Positions 48,950 through 58,785 of a DNA stretch of 64,000 nt are shown here, piece by piece. The stretch lies in assembly GCA_963811195.1 (NCBI GenBank), contig CAWEQF010000006.1:24905-88904 (forward strand), in the 5' to 3' direction. The notes beneath the pieces were generated by a model that worked only from the letters and a program-made list of their open reading frames with translations, made no database searches and was not told the origin of the DNA. How positions within the stretch are numbered: the first letter of the stretch is position 1; each line of letters begins with the position of its first letter. This stretch comes from an uncultured Flavobacteriaceae bacterium (lineage in GTDB: Bacteria > Bacteroidota > Bacteroidia > Flavobacteriales > Flavobacteriaceae). The translations under genes were made by a program, and so were the position numbers.

Positions 48950-50782
48950 ATGAGTGATGTTATCCATCTGCTGCCGGATCACGTGGCCAACCAAATTGCT
49001 GCCGGTGAGGTGGTGCAGCGTCCGGCTTCTGTTATAAAAGAATTACTTGAGAACTCCATAGATGCCGGAGCTAAGAATATTCAGATTTATTTAAAAGAAT
49101 CGGGAAAAGTGCTTGTGAATGTGATAGACGATGGAGCGGGAATGAGTATTACCGATGCACGCCTTAGTTTTGAAAGGCATGCCACTTCAAAAATTAAGCT
49201 CGCTGAAGATCTCTTCAGTTTAAAAACAAAAGGCTTTAGAGGGGAAGCTTTAGCATCTATTGCCGCCATTTCGCATGTGGAACTAAAAACCCGACGGGAT
49301 GAAGATGAAGTTGGTACCTGCATAAAAATTGAAGGCAGCGAAGTGATATCCCAGGATGCCTGTGTTACTGCAAAAGGAACTTCCATAAGCGTTAAAAATC
49401 TGTTCTATAATATTCCTGCAAGAAGAAATTTTTTAAAATCCGATACTGTAGAACTGCGGCATATTATAGATGAATTTCAACGGGTGGCTTTAGCCCATCC
49501 ACAGATTTCTTTTTCTTTTATTCATAATTCTTCAGAATTATTTCAATTACCCCCATCAATTTACAGGCAACGAATCACCAATATATTTGGAGGAAAAACC
49601 AATGAAAAACTGGTACCCGTTACTGAAGACACTGAAATTGTAAAGATTTCAGGATTTATAGGAAAACCTGAATTTGCAAAACGCACGCGGGGAGAACAGT
49701 TCTTTTTTGTAAACGACAGATTTATAAAAAGCGGATATCTTAATCACGCTATAACGACCGCTTTCGAGGGGTTGCTTCAGGATAAAGCGCGCCCCAGTTA
49801 TTTCCTGTATCTGCAGGTAGATCCGCAGAGTATAGATATTAATATCCATCCCACGAAAACCGAAATTAAATTTGATGATGAGCAAGCGCTGTATGCAATT
49901 CTGCGAAGCGCAGTTAAGCACAGCCTGGGCCAGTTTAGCGTTGCTCCCGTCTTGGATTTTGATCGTGACCCCAATCTGGATACGCCTTACGATTATACCA
50001 ACAAGGAGGTTTCACATCCAAAAGTGGAAGTAGATCGAAATTTTAATCCTTTTAAAAAAGGTTCTTCTAATTACAAAAGAGATGCCGGAAGCTGGGAAAG
50101 TTTATATAGCGAATTGGATAGCAGCAGGAGGCAAGAAGAAGAATTTAATGGCGTGGAAATAGAACTGGAAAGTGAAGAAGTAACTGGAAAATTATTTGAA
50201 GCAGGGCAAAATGAAGAATCTCAGAATACCACTTTTCAGCTGAATAAAAAGTTCATTATAAGCACCCTTAAAAATGGGATGCTGGTTATAGATCAGCATC
50301 GGGCACATACTAGAATTCTTTACGAAGAGCTACTTAAGAGTATCACTGTTTCTGCAGCTATAAGTCAGCAATTACTTTTTCCGCTACGTTTGAAATTCAA
50401 TCAGCAGGAAATAAATTTGCTGAAAGGAATAAAAGATTCCCTGGAGCAAACAGGTTTTATTTTTTCTGAAATTGAATCAGATTCAGTAGAAATAACCGGA
50501 ATTCCACCCGCGGTTTTGGAGAGCGAAGTAGAGCAGTTGTTGGAGTACCTATTATCGGATTTTCAGAATGAGATTCCCGGGAATAATTTTTCCCAAACCG
50601 ATTTACTGGCTAAATCTCTGGCAAAAAGTATGGCCGTAAAAGCAGGAAGCTGGCTGGATAATACGGAACAACAACATATTGTAAACCGTTTATTTGCTTG
50701 CAAAGAGCCATCATTAACACCGTTTAACAAAGCGGTTTTTATTACCTTGCCAGTTGAAGAACTGGAAAAAAAATTCAATTAA
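48950..50782 (+). CDS. mutL: DNA mismatch repair protein MutL
   Basis: NQIAAGEVVQRP, ELLENSIDAGA, HATSK, GFRGEAL, DINIHPTK. Confidence 0.97.
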   Translation: MSDVIHLLPDHVANQIAAGEVVQRPASVIKELLENSIDAGAKNIQIYLKESGKVLVNVIDDGAGMSITDARLSFERHATSKIKLAEDLFSLKTKGFRGEALASIAAISHVELKTRRDEDEVGTCIKIEGSEVISQDACVTAKGTSISVKNLFYNIPARRNFLKSDTVELRHIIDEFQRVALAHPQISFSFIHNSSELFQLPPSIYRQRITNIFGGKTNEKLVPVTEDTEIVKISGFIGKPEFAKRTRGEQFFFVNDRFIKSGYLNHAITTAFEGLLQDKARPSYFLYLQVDPQSIDINIHPTKTEIKFDDEQALYAILRSAVKHSLGQFSVAPVLDFDRDPNLDTPYDYTNKEVSHPKVEVDRNFNPFKKGSSNYKRDAGSWESLYSELDSSRRQEEEFNGVEIELESEEVTGKLFEAGQNEESQNTTFQLNKKFIISTLKNGMLVIDQHRAHTRILYEELLKSITVSAAISQQLLFPLRLKFNQQEINLLKGIKDSLEQTGFIFSEIESDSVEITGIPPAVLESEVEQLLEYLLSDFQNEIPGNNFSQTDLLAKSLAKSMAVKAGSWLDNTEQQHIVNRLFACKEPSLTPFNKAVFITLPVEELEKKFN

Positions 50783-51532
50783 ATGGGAAGAATTACAGAT
50801 ACCGTAAAGGTACTTTTAATTATAAATATTTTATTTTTTGTGGGAACTATGGCCATTGGCGATCGTGCTTTCGAGCTGTTTGCCCTTTGGTTTCCCAAGA
50901 ATGATCATTTTCATTTCTGGCAGTTAGTAACGCATATGTTCATGCATGCCGGTTTCGCTCATATTCTTTTTAATATGTTCGCGCTTTATGTTTTTGGTAG
51001 TTTGCTGGAGCAATCACTGGGACAAAACAGGTTTTTATTTCTCTATTTTTCTGCAGGTTTAGGTGCGGCAGGATTACAAATTCTTTTCAGCTATTATAAT
51101 TTTGATCATGCCTATCAGACTTTTCTGGATGCCGGCGTAAACCCCGGAGATATCGACCATATGATACGCGAAGCGGCATCTGGAAGTTATCATCGTTATA
51201 TAAATGTTCCCGAAGATACAGCAAGGCAGTTAATGAATGCGTATTATACGCCTATGGTAGGTGCCTCGGGAGCAATTTTTGGTGTAATGACAGCGTTCGC
51301 GATCATATATCCTAATTTGCCGTTGTATCTTATGTTTATTCCTGTGCCTATAAAAGCTAAATACTTAATTGGAGGTTACTTTTTAATCACGCTGTTTTCC
51401 GCAGTTACCGGCACTAGTTTTATGGGGCCTTCAAATACCGCCTATTGGGCACATATTGGGGGAGCTGTGATTGGAGCTATTACAATGTGGTACTGGAAAA
51501 AAAATCAGTTCAATCAAAATCGTTGGGATTAA
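50783..51532 (+). CDS. Rhomboid intramembrane serine protease
   Basis: HILFNM, VGASG, AHIGG. Confidence 0.92.
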   Translation: MGRITDTVKVLLIINILFFVGTMAIGDRAFELFALWFPKNDHFHFWQLVTHMFMHAGFAHILFNMFALYVFGSLLEQSLGQNRFLFLYFSAGLGAAGLQILFSYYNFDHAYQTFLDAGVNPGDIDHMIREAASGSYHRYINVPEDTARQLMNAYYTPMVGASGAIFGVMTAFAIIYPNLPLYLMFIPVPIKAKYLIGGYFLITLFSAVTGTSFMGPSNTAYWAHIGGAVIGAITMWYWKKNQFNQNRWD

Positions 51533-52431
51533 TGACCACCAGAGATAATTTAAGACTGAAGATACAAACAGCTTCTGTTGTAGAGAAAATTATCGCTCTT
51601 AATGTAGCTGTATTTGTTGTTTTCTTTCTAATTAAAACCATCTCCTTTCTTTTTCAGGTTCCCTCAGACTTTCTGTTACAGTGGTTTGTTTTTCCTCAAG
51701 ATCCTTCAGAATATATTTTAAAGCCCTGGACCATTATTACCTATTCTTTCCTACATGCCGGGATTTGGCATATCCTTGGGAATATGCTTATTTTTTATTA
51801 TGCTGGAGGTTATTTTCTCACCTATTTTTCTCCTAAAAAACTTCTGAACTATTACTTTCTGGGAGTTATCTTTGGTGCGCTGGTTTTTATGCTTAGCTAT
51901 AATTTGTTTCCTGTATTTCAGGGAATGGGGAATTCTTATTTGTTGGGAGCTTCGGCAGGAGTTATGGCAGTGCTTATTGGGATTGCTACCAGAATTCCTT
52001 ATATGCGTATCCGTTTGATGTTGCTGGGAAGCGTTAAATTTTGGTGGATTGCAGCTTTCCTTTTGGCTTTGGATGTTATTCAGATTCCTTTTAATAACCC
52101 GGGAGGACATCTGGCACATCTTGGCGGTGCATTATTAGGATATACTTATACAACCCAGTTAAATAAAGGAAGAGATATAGGCCGCGGGTTTGAAAAAATG
52201 ATTGACTGGTTTTTATCTTTGTTCAATACCGGGAACAGAAAAAAACCTACTATGCGTACGGTTTATAAAAACAGGGCAACAACAAAGAATTCCTCACGAA
52301 GCTCTTCAAAAATCAACCCAGATGTAAAACAACAAAAGATCGATGGGATTCTCGATAAAATAAGCAAGAGTGGCTATGATAGCCTTTCTAAGGAAGAAAA
52401 GGATTTTTTGTTTCACGCGGGCAAAGATTAA
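51532..52431 (+). CDS. Rhomboid intramembrane serine protease with soluble C-terminal domain
   Basis: ATG at 51532 overlaps the upstream TAA; HILGNM, LGASA, AHLGG; C-terminal IDGILDKISKSGYDSL. Confidence 0.9.
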   Translation: MTTRDNLRLKIQTASVVEKIIALNVAVFVVFFLIKTISFLFQVPSDFLLQWFVFPQDPSEYILKPWTIITYSFLHAGIWHILGNMLIFYYAGGYFLTYFSPKKLLNYYFLGVIFGALVFMLSYNLFPVFQGMGNSYLLGASAGVMAVLIGIATRIPYMRIRLMLLGSVKFWWIAAFLLALDVIQIPFNNPGGHLAHLGGALLGYTYTTQLNKGRDIGRGFEKMIDWFLSLFNTGNRKKPTMRTVYKNRATTKNSSRSSSKINPDVKQQKIDGILDKISKSGYDSLSKEEKDFLFHAGKD

Positions 52432-52434
52432 ATC

Positions 52435-53461
52435 ATGAAAAATCTGCGATTCTTTGATAAAATTCTTTTTGTGCTGAATTCCCTGCTGGCATTCGCGTTG
52501 CTTTCTTCGTATTTAATTCCATATGTGCCGCCTCAAAAATTTCCCTTATTATCGGTTTTAAGTCTTGGAGTTCCGGTATTGATTTTAAGTAATTTTATTT
52601 TTCTTATATATTGGATTTTAAGATTAAAGAAGCATTTACTTCTGCCTCTAATAGTTTTAATTATCGGGTATAATTACGTTTTTTCGTGGATAACCATTAA
52701 TTGGGATCAACCGGAAGTTAAAAGGAACAGCTTAAAACTTCATGAGCTATAATGTGCGGATGTTTAATAGTTATAAATGGACAACCCAAAAGGATATTCC
52801 GCAAAAAATTTCAAGTCTTATTGTTGAAAAAGATCCTGATGTTCTAGCTACCCAGGAACATTCGGTAGGGGCCTCTAATTTGATAGATATTTTTCCTTAT
52901 CACTATGTTGTACTTAAAGGAAAGGCATCAGAGTTTGGATCTGCGCTTTTCTCTAAATATCCAATTGTGAAAAAAGGATCCCTCAATTTTCCTCAGGATG
53001 GAAATAATAATGCTATTTGGATAGATATTGTAAAACATCAGGATACATTGCGTATTTTTAATGTGCATTTTCAGTCACTTAGAATTCAGCCTCAAATCGA
53101 TGAATTAAGAAAACAGGATTCCAAGAAATTAATTGGAAGGATTGGGTATGCTTTTAAACTTCAGCAAAGTCAGGCGGAAATGCTGCTTAAGGAAATTAAC
53201 AGAAGTCCGTATAAAACGGTGATTATGGGTGATTTTAATAACACGGCTTTTTCTTATAGTTATAAAATCTTAAAAGGAGATAGATTTAAAGATGCTTTTT
53301 TGGCCGTAGGAAATGGTTTCGGACAGACCTTTAATCTGAATTATTTTCCGTTGCGAATAGATTTTATGCTAATAGACCAGCCGATAAAAATAGAATGTTT
53401 TCAGGTTTTTCGTAAAAAATATTCAGATCACTTCCCGATTTTTACCAGGATAGAGTGGTAA
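52435..53461 (+). pseudogene. Endonuclease/exonuclease/phosphatase (EEP) family membrane protein, split by a 1-nt frameshift near 52741
   Basis: ORF1 (52435-52752) carries the TM anchor up to ..NSLKL. ORF2 (52742-53461) starts MSYNV and has TQE, NVHFQS, MGDFN, RIDF, SDHFP. Removing one base gives NSLKLMSYNV. Confidence 0.8.
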
Positions 53462-53463
53462 AA

Positions 53464-54078
53464 TTACCACAGCTTTTTTAAATATTCCGAAGTATTTGGG
53501 CCTTCGCTAAACAAAAGATCCAGAACACATAAATTGTGTAAAAAGCCGTGTTTAGTTTCAAAAACCTGCGTGTAGTGTGGAATTTGCCACTTCTTTTTAG
53601 CATTTATTAAATCTCTTTTATCTGCTTTATCGTTAGGGCTTTTAATGTATTCTTCCGTTTTTTGATATTCGATATCCAGTTGCAGGGCTTCTATTAAAAA
53701 ATGAAGACAGTCATAATTAAAATCCATCAAAAAAGAATATTCTTGTTGATATAAAGGCGCAAGCTCGTCTTCATAAAATTCGAAGAAGGGAGAAGTCTGG
53801 TAAGCCGTTTTTAAAGAGCGCCAATGCTGTTGCTGCCAGTTAAAATCATTTTCAACCTGTATATCTTTATATTTTTGATGTCCTTTTTTCTGGTGAGAGT
53901 GTTTTACGGGAATAGTTAAAGATAACTTGCCGTTAGAATCGTAAATATACATTCTGTTTCGGAAGGTCTGTTTTTGATAATTATCTTCATTTTCAAAATA
54001 AATTCCAGTAGGTTTTATTAATTCTGAAGCCTGTAAAACCGAGCCAAAATAAGGAAGATGCACTAAAATATCCTGCAT
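53464..54078 (-). CDS. WbqC family protein
   Basis: YQKQTFRNR, LTIPV, HWRSLKTAY..SPFFEFY, LCVLDLLFSEG. Confidence 0.85.
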   Translation of the reverse strand: MQDILVHLPYFGSVLQASELIKPTGIYFENEDNYQKQTFRNRMYIYDSNGKLSLTIPVKHSHQKKGHQKYKDIQVENDFNWQQQHWRSLKTAYQTSPFFEFYEDELAPLYQQEYSFLMDFNYDCLHFLIEALQLDIEYQKTEEYIKSPNDKADKRDLINAKKKWQIPHYTQVFETKHGFLHNLCVLDLLFSEGPNTSEYLKKLW

Positions 54079-54096
54079 GCTTTTTCCGAATTAAAA

Positions 54097-55656
54097 TTAA
54101 GCGTTTTTGCGTTTTCTGAAGTAATTGAAACCTATAAGGATTACCAGTAAAATTAGGAAATAAGGCAGATAGGAAACAGGTTCTCCTTCGCCACCCACCG
54201 TTGTGAAAAGTCGGTCCCAGCGTATTTTATTGAATCCGCTGGCATTTTTATCCCAGCTCATCCAGATAAATACCGGTTTTCCCACTACATGATCTTCGGG
54301 CACATAGCCAAAATAACGGCTATCCAGGCTGTTATGGCGGTTATCTCCCATCATCCAGTAATAATTCTGCTTAAAAGTGTAGGAATCGGTGGGTTTTTCA
54401 TTTAAAAGGATTTGTGTGCCATTTACAGAAAGTTTGTTGGAAATGCCCATTTCAGAACCTTCATACACTTCAATAATGCGTTTATAAAAAGGTAAGGATT
54501 CTGGGGTGAGTTTTACGGTCACTCCTTTCTTCGGGATATAGAGAGGCCCATAATTATCGCGGTTCCAGGAATTTTGTGCTTTCTTAGGGAACATACCGGT
54601 TTCCTTATTTCCGGCAGGATCGTTAACACGATGAATAGAGGCAACATTCGGGTGATTTTTAAACTTTTCAAAAGCTTCCTCAGTAAGGTTTAGTTGAAAG
54701 GTATTGGTATTAGGATTATATCCGTAAGGATCTGTAACCCCATATCTCTCGTACAAAAACCTGGGATCGAAAGGCTGTCCCTTTGTTGTTCCCTGATAGG
54801 AGTATTGAGGTCGCGCCCGTTCAGGCAATTGAAGCGGATGAGAATTTACATAGACTTTCCCATCTTTAATTTGAAGTGAATCCCCGGCAATTCCTACAGC
54901 CCTTTTTACATAATTCGTTTTCTTATCGATGGGTTTATAGTAATATTTATCGGTATAACGCATATTTTCCATGGTATCTACAGGCCAGTTAAAAACAACA
55001 ATATCCGAACGATGGATTTTTTGAAAACCCGGAAAACGGAAATATGGAATCTGCGGTTTTGGCAAATACGATTTTATTCCCAATCCCGGGATGGTATCAT
55101 GTACCATTGGAAAAGCGACCGCGGTCATTGGTGTTCTGGCCCCGTAATGAAATTTGCTTACAAAAAGGAAATCTCCCACCAGTAAGGTTTTCTCCAAAGA
55201 AGAGGTAGGAATGGTAAAGGGTTGAATAAAGTAGGTATGAACCAAAGTAGCGGCGATTACGGCAAACAAAATAGAATTCACCCATTCCCCGGCGGCAGTT
55301 CTGGGTTTTAAGCTACGGTCTTCAATATAAGGGGTGTCTGCAATATAATTTACGTAGTAAATATAAAATCCGAGGGTAACAATTACCAAAAAGGTATCCA
55401 GATTGCTGTTTTTTCCGAAGCTTCGGATGGTTTCCACCCAGATAACGGGAAACATAATAAGATTGATGATCGGGATAAATAGAAGAATTACCCACCACCA
55501 TGGTCGGTTTATTATCTTCATTAAAACCACCGCGTTATAAACAGGAACGGCAGCTTCCCAGGCTTTTCGGCCCGCTTTAACATACAATTTCCAGGTACCT
55601 AAAAAATGAATAACCTGTACAATCAAGAAAAATATAAACCACTGGGATAAAGTCAT
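54097..55656 (-). CDS. lepB: Signal peptidase I
   Basis: IPTSSLEKTLLVGD, NYVKR, MGDNRHNSLDSR; N-terminal membrane extension. Confidence 0.95.
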   Translation of the reverse strand: MTLSQWFIFFLIVQVIHFLGTWKLYVKAGRKAWEAAVPVYNAVVLMKIINRPWWWVILLFIPIINLIMFPVIWVETIRSFGKNSNLDTFLVIVTLGFYIYYVNYIADTPYIEDRSLKPRTAAGEWVNSILFAVIAATLVHTYFIQPFTIPTSSLEKTLLVGDFLFVSKFHYGARTPMTAVAFPMVHDTIPGLGIKSYLPKPQIPYFRFPGFQKIHRSDIVVFNWPVDTMENMRYTDKYYYKPIDKKTNYVKRAVGIAGDSLQIKDGKVYVNSHPLQLPERARPQYSYQGTTKGQPFDPRFLYERYGVTDPYGYNPNTNTFQLNLTEEAFEKFKNHPNVASIHRVNDPAGNKETGMFPKKAQNSWNRDNYGPLYIPKKGVTVKLTPESLPFYKRIIEVYEGSEMGISNKLSVNGTQILLNEKPTDSYTFKQNYYWMMGDNRHNSLDSRYFGYVPEDHVVGKPVFIWMSWDKNASGFNKIRWDRLFTTVGGEGEPVSYLPYFLILLVILIGFNYFRKRKNA

Positions 55657-55708
55657 AATTAAAATTTTATACAGTTATAGGTATCTTATAAGCCCTATAT
55701 GTTACAGT

Positions 55709-56413
55709 TTATGAAAGATTTGCAAGCACATCTCTCATCGTGAAAATTCCTTTTTTGCCTTGCAGCCATTCGGCACTTAATAAAGCTCCTTTAGCAAAGC
55801 CCATTCTGGAATGAGCTGTATGAATGATTTCTATGGAATCTATTTCAGAGCTGTATTTAATTGAGTGGGTTCCGGAAACATTTTCAATTCTTTTTGCAAA
55901 AATAGGGATTTCGTTATTTCCGGCTTTGTTCAGTTTCCATCCTGTTTTATCTGTCTTTTCAATAATTTGTTTTGCCAAGGAAATTGCGGTACCACTGGGG
56001 GCATCAAGTTTTTGGGTATGATGGATCTCTTCTATTTCTACAGAATATTCATTAAAATTCTTCATTAAAGACGCGAGTTTTTCATTGAGTTCAAAAAACA
56101 AGTTTACGCCAATACTGAAGTTTGAGGCATACAAAAATGCGGAATCTTCTTCTTTACAAATTTTCACAGCTTCCTCATATTTTTCCAGCCAGCCTGTAGT
56201 ACCACTTACCACGGGCACCTTATTTTTAAAACACGTGGTAATATTTTTGAAAGCAGCATTGGGGATACTAAAATCTATGGCTACATCTGCTTGTGAAAGA
56301 TCGTATTCTTCAATATTGCTCGAAATTTTATAGATTATCTCATGTCCTTTTTTCAAAGCTATATCTTCAATGGTTTTTCCCATTTTTCCATATCCTAAAA
56401 GCGCAATCTTCAT
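55709..56413 (-). CDS. dapB: 4-hydroxy-tetrahydrodipicolinate reductase
   Basis: GYGKMG, GTTG, EIHHTQKLDAPSGTA. Confidence 0.96.
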   Translation of the reverse strand: MKIALLGYGKMGKTIEDIALKKGHEIIYKISSNIEEYDLSQADVAIDFSIPNAAFKNITTCFKNKVPVVSGTTGWLEKYEEAVKICKEEDSAFLYASNFSIGVNLFFELNEKLASLMKNFNEYSVEIEEIHHTQKLDAPSGTAISLAKQIIEKTDKTGWKLNKAGNNEIPIFAKRIENVSGTHSIKYSSEIDSIEIIHTAHSRMGFAKGALLSAEWLQGKKGIFTMRDVLANLS

Positions 56414-56415
56414 AA

Positions 56416-57009
56416 TTAAAAATTATAATTTAAGGAAAGTCCGTAGCCGGTCTTGCCGGTATATTTATCAAAATTTACTGCCGGCTTAAAAGAGAGGTCT
56501 CCGTTCACGTTAAATTGTTGCAAATGGGCGTCTACATTGGCATCTATAATATTGAGAGCATAGATCCCTGCGGTAACCAGCAATGAAATCTCCTTGTTTC
56601 TGGCATAAAATTTTTGAGCGCGAATTAATCCCTGATCCGTAATTCTGGGATTTCCCTGGGAATCTGAGAATTCATCGTCTGTATAACCGGCTAAACGCCT
56701 TTTATAAGCAGTTCTATATCGCTCATAGTGATCGTTATTGGTTTTATAAAAATAAATTCCAATTCCTAAACCGGCATAAACTAAAGGAATTTTCCAATAT
56801 TTGCCATTATAGGCCTGTCCTAAACCTGGAAGTACCGCGGAATAAAAAGCAGCTCTTGCAGGAGCCAGAGGATCGTAAGGTTTATAATTTTTCTTTTTTT
56901 CAACCAGTGAGTCCTTTCCGGTACTTATGGCAAGCGTATCCTTTTGAGCAACTAGAAAATTAGTGGCGAAAAGGAAAATAACTACCGGAAGAATATTTTT
57001 AATCTTCAC
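56416..57009 (-). CDS. DUF5683-like exported/membrane protein
   Basis: SAVLPGLGQAYNGKYWK, LNIIDANVDAHL, C-terminal YNF; GTG start. Confidence 0.75.
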   Translation of the reverse strand: MKIKNILPVVIFLFATNFLVAQKDTLAISTGKDSLVEKKKNYKPYDPLAPARAAFYSAVLPGLGQAYNGKYWKIPLVYAGLGIGIYFYKTNNDHYERYRTAYKRRLAGYTDDEFSDSQGNPRITDQGLIRAQKFYARNKEISLLVTAGIYALNIIDANVDAHLQQFNVNGDLSFKPAVNFDKYTGKTGYGLSLNYNF

Positions 57010-57904
57010 CCTGGATTCGTTTTTTAATTCTTTCGAAATCTTCTTTAGAAGAAAAAGGGATAATGAGTTTTCCTTTGTTTTTAGTTGCCATTTTAATATC
57101 TACCTTGGCGTCGAGATATTCTGAAAACTCTTTTATTCCTTTTTTTAAGTCCTTCGGAATAGACTTGGTTTTTGTTGGTGTAGCTTTTCCGGAATTTTCG
57201 CCGTTAAGTTCCCTTACTAATTTTTCGGTATCTCTAACAGAAAGCGATTTTTCGAGGATTTTTTCATAAATGTCTAGCTGGGTCTGGAGGTCATCTATAT
57301 TAATAAGTGCGCGACCGTGGCCCATAGATACAAATCCGTCGCGCATACCTGTTTGAATAATAGGATCTAGCTTTAGTAATCTCAGGTAATTAGCTATGGT
57401 AGAACGATTTTTACCTACCCGATCGCTAAGCTGTTCCTGGGTTAGATTTATCTCGTCTATTAATCGCTGATAAGAAAGTGAAATTTCAATAGGATCCAGG
57501 TCCTGCCGCTGAATATTTTCAACCAGCGCCATTTCCAGGGATTCCTGGTCGTTGGCAATTCGAATATAAGCAGGAATGGTCTCAAGTCCAATCAGTTTTG
57601 ATGCTCTGTACCTGCGTTCTCCCGAAACAAGCTGGTATTTATTAAACTCCAGTTTTCTTACTGTAATGGGTTGTATAACTCCAAGTTCTTTTATAGAGGA
57701 AGCCAGTTCGCGCAACGATTCTTCATTAAAACTGGTTCTGGGCTGAAATGGGTTTACTTCAATAGAAGTTAAATCCAGTTCCACAATATGCCCTACCAGT
57801 TTATCGGCATTTTTATCTTCGGCAGATTTAATATCATGTTCCGGATCTTTCAGCAAAGCCGATAATCCGCGTCCTAATGCCTGTTTCCTTGTAGCTTTCG
57901 CCAT
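56999..57904 (-). CDS. parB: Chromosome partitioning protein ParB
   Basis: ALGRGLSALL, NPFQPR, SGERRYRA, ENIQRQDL, HTH. Confidence 0.96.
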   Translation of the reverse strand: MAKATRKQALGRGLSALLKDPEHDIKSAEDKNADKLVGHIVELDLTSIEVNPFQPRTSFNEESLRELASSIKELGVIQPITVRKLEFNKYQLVSGERRYRASKLIGLETIPAYIRIANDQESLEMALVENIQRQDLDPIEISLSYQRLIDEINLTQEQLSDRVGKNRSTIANYLRLLKLDPIIQTGMRDGFVSMGHGRALINIDDLQTQLDIYEKILEKSLSVRDTEKLVRELNGENSGKATPTKTKSIPKDLKKGIKEFSEYLDAKVDIKMATKNKGKLIIPFSSKEDFERIKKRIQGED

Positions 57905-57906
57905 GC

Positions 57907-58671
57907 TTAGCTGTTTTTCTTAATAATTTCGTGGGCAAGGCTCAGATAGTTCGAAGCCCCCTTACTGCCCGCATCATAATTTATTATGCTCTCGCCATAA
58001 CTTGGTGCTTCACTTAAACGTACATTTCGCTGAATGATTGTAGAAAACACCATTTCGTTAAAATGCTTCTGAACTTCATCTACCACCTGATTGGAAAGTC
58101 GTAATCTGGAATCATACATAGTAAGCAAAAGGCCTTCAATATCCAGGTTCTTATTGTGTATTTTCTGAACGCTTTTAACTGTATTTAAAAGTTTTCCTAA
58201 TCCTTCCAGCGCGAAGTATTCGCATTGGATTGGTATAATTACGGAGTCTGAAGCGGTAAGCGCATTTAAAGTTAAGAGACCCAGGGAAGGCGCACAGTCT
58301 ATTAAAATATAGTCATAACTATCTTTAAGGTGTTCTATGGCTTTTTTCAGCATATATTCCCGCTGGTCCTGGTCTACCAGTTCTATTTCAATAGCAACAA
58401 GATCGATATGCGCCGGGATAATGTCCAGATTGGGAGAATTGGTTTTAATAATGGTTTTTTCTGCCTTTACGGAATGTTCCAGCAGTTGATAAGTTCCAAA
58501 TTCCACACTTTCCACATCTATGCCTAAGCCGGAGGTTGCATTGGCCTGCGGATCTGCATCTATCAACAGTACCTTTTTTTCCAGAACTCCCAGCGAAGCC
58601 GCCAGATTAACCGAAGTGGTTGTTTTTCCCACTCCTCCTTTTTGGTTTGCAACAGCAATGATTTTACCCAT
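57907..58671 (-). CDS. parA: Chromosome partitioning ATPase ParA/Soj
   Basis: NQKGGVGKTT, DADPQAN, QCEYFALEG, LSEAPS. Confidence 0.96.
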   Translation of the reverse strand: MGKIIAVANQKGGVGKTTTSVNLAASLGVLEKKVLLIDADPQANATSGLGIDVESVEFGTYQLLEHSVKAEKTIIKTNSPNLDIIPAHIDLVAIEIELVDQDQREYMLKKAIEHLKDSYDYILIDCAPSLGLLTLNALTASDSVIIPIQCEYFALEGLGKLLNTVKSVQKIHNKNLDIEGLLLTMYDSRLRLSNQVVDEVQKHFNEMVFSTIIQRNVRLSEAPSYGESIINYDAGSKGASNYLSLAHEIIKKNS

Positions 58672-58785
58672 TAAGTATCTTCGATTATAAAAGGTAAAAA
58701 TACAATTTATTAAAGGTTTAAAAAATCATTTTGTTAACAGGTTTTACAGAAAATATCTTCAAGAGAAATTATTGTACTCAGGATA

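Noticed and set aside
51445-51531. N-terminal extension of the second rhomboid ORF
   Set aside because: It overlaps the first rhomboid; the coupled TAATG start at 51532 is more plausible.
56999-58785. parAB (and recF) as a marker of oriC, a plasmid or parS sites
   Set aside because: The context is chromosomal. By eye I found no TGTTCCACGTGGAACA-like parS and no DnaA-box cluster; the single TTGTTAACA at ~58731 is insufficient.
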